Of a stretch of 64,000 nt of DNA, positions 63,451 to 64,000 are shown piece after piece (positions within the stretch are counted from its first letter, which is position 1; every line of letters begins with the position of its first letter). The position numbers and the translations under genes are program-made. Origin of the DNA: Bulinus truncatus (lineage: Eukaryota); contig JAGDYQ010000002.1 in NCBI GenBank assembly GCA_021962125.1, positions 21,050,893 through 21,114,892 on the forward strand, given 5' to 3'. The notes beneath the pieces were generated by a model. It did not search any database. It was not told where the DNA came from and worked only from the letters and a program-made list of their open reading frames with translations.

Positions 63451-64000
63451 GTTTTCGCTTACATTTTAAATATAAAGAATAAAAGCTAATCAAAGGGGCG
63501 TAATCATTATTTATTTTTGTAACAGTTATTCAACATGATTACTTCCCTCTCTATTTATCGTAACCTAAGCCACTGCTTACATGAAAATGCTCTAAAATGT
63601 CCTTTGTCCGAAACGGAAAAGACTTAAATTGCTTGTTTAATTTAGTGGATTTTGTCACGATTTGGATAAAATTCTTCGCATATTTAGATAAATAACTTGA
63701 AGATACATTTGTAATTGAACATTGAAGTCATATTGATTTAGATTTGAAATGCATTTTAATTTGCGTTTTTATGGGAAATAGTCAGATAATGGTTTAAATG
63801 AAAGTATGAATGAAATAACACGGTTCGGTGACGTCACTATGGAAAACTAAAGAAGAATAAGCTATCGGATGGTGCCACAGTATATTTTTTTTGGAATTCA
63901 TTTATTAATAAACATGTTTACTATACTTTCTAAGATATGATATCCATTTTTTTGTTTGATTGTAATAGAAATCAAGTTAAATTAGGTACAGCTTTATTAA

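Overview
This window reads as eukaryotic (metazoan, probably marine-invertebrate) nuclear DNA: AT-rich, intron-rich and extremely repeat-dense. I found no prokaryotic operon structure, rRNA or CRISPR, and nothing resembling a novel system in the bacterial-defence sense. Two protein-coding genes lie head-to-tail on the minus strand. (1) A complete SLC18-family vesicular monoamine transporter (VMAT-like) gene at 36961-57476. It has 15 coding exons totalling 1605 nt (534 aa plus stop). Every splice junction is in phase, and one intron uses a non-canonical GC-AG donor (GCAAGT). (2) A very large modular secreted mucin-like gene running from about 26.6 kb down past position 1 and off the window. It has Cys-rich N-terminal exons, then three tandem exon-modules of vWD, (C8), TIL and an E-like Cys-rich unit. 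Reading phases are consistent across 27 junctions. It ends in a terminal exon of at least 2.5 kb that encodes Ser/Thr/Glu/Pro-rich tandem repeats (a PTS domain). One repeat unit carries a stop plus a 1-bp deletion that interrupts that reading frame. Introns and the roughly 10 kb spacer between the genes hold dozens of distinct minisatellites and four (CTAT)n microsatellites. They also hold TA- and GA-repeats, two tRNA-derived SINE copies, a Tc1/mariner-type MITE with TA target-site duplication, a 1.3 kb TIR element and a hairpin element. Three further interspersed repeat families are present in three copies each, along with unusually frequent G/C homopolymers of 10-17 nt. Most ORFs in the supplied track are reading-frame artefacts of tandem repeats. 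All exon coordinates are hand-derived from splice consensus and homology reasoning and may be off by 1-3 nt.
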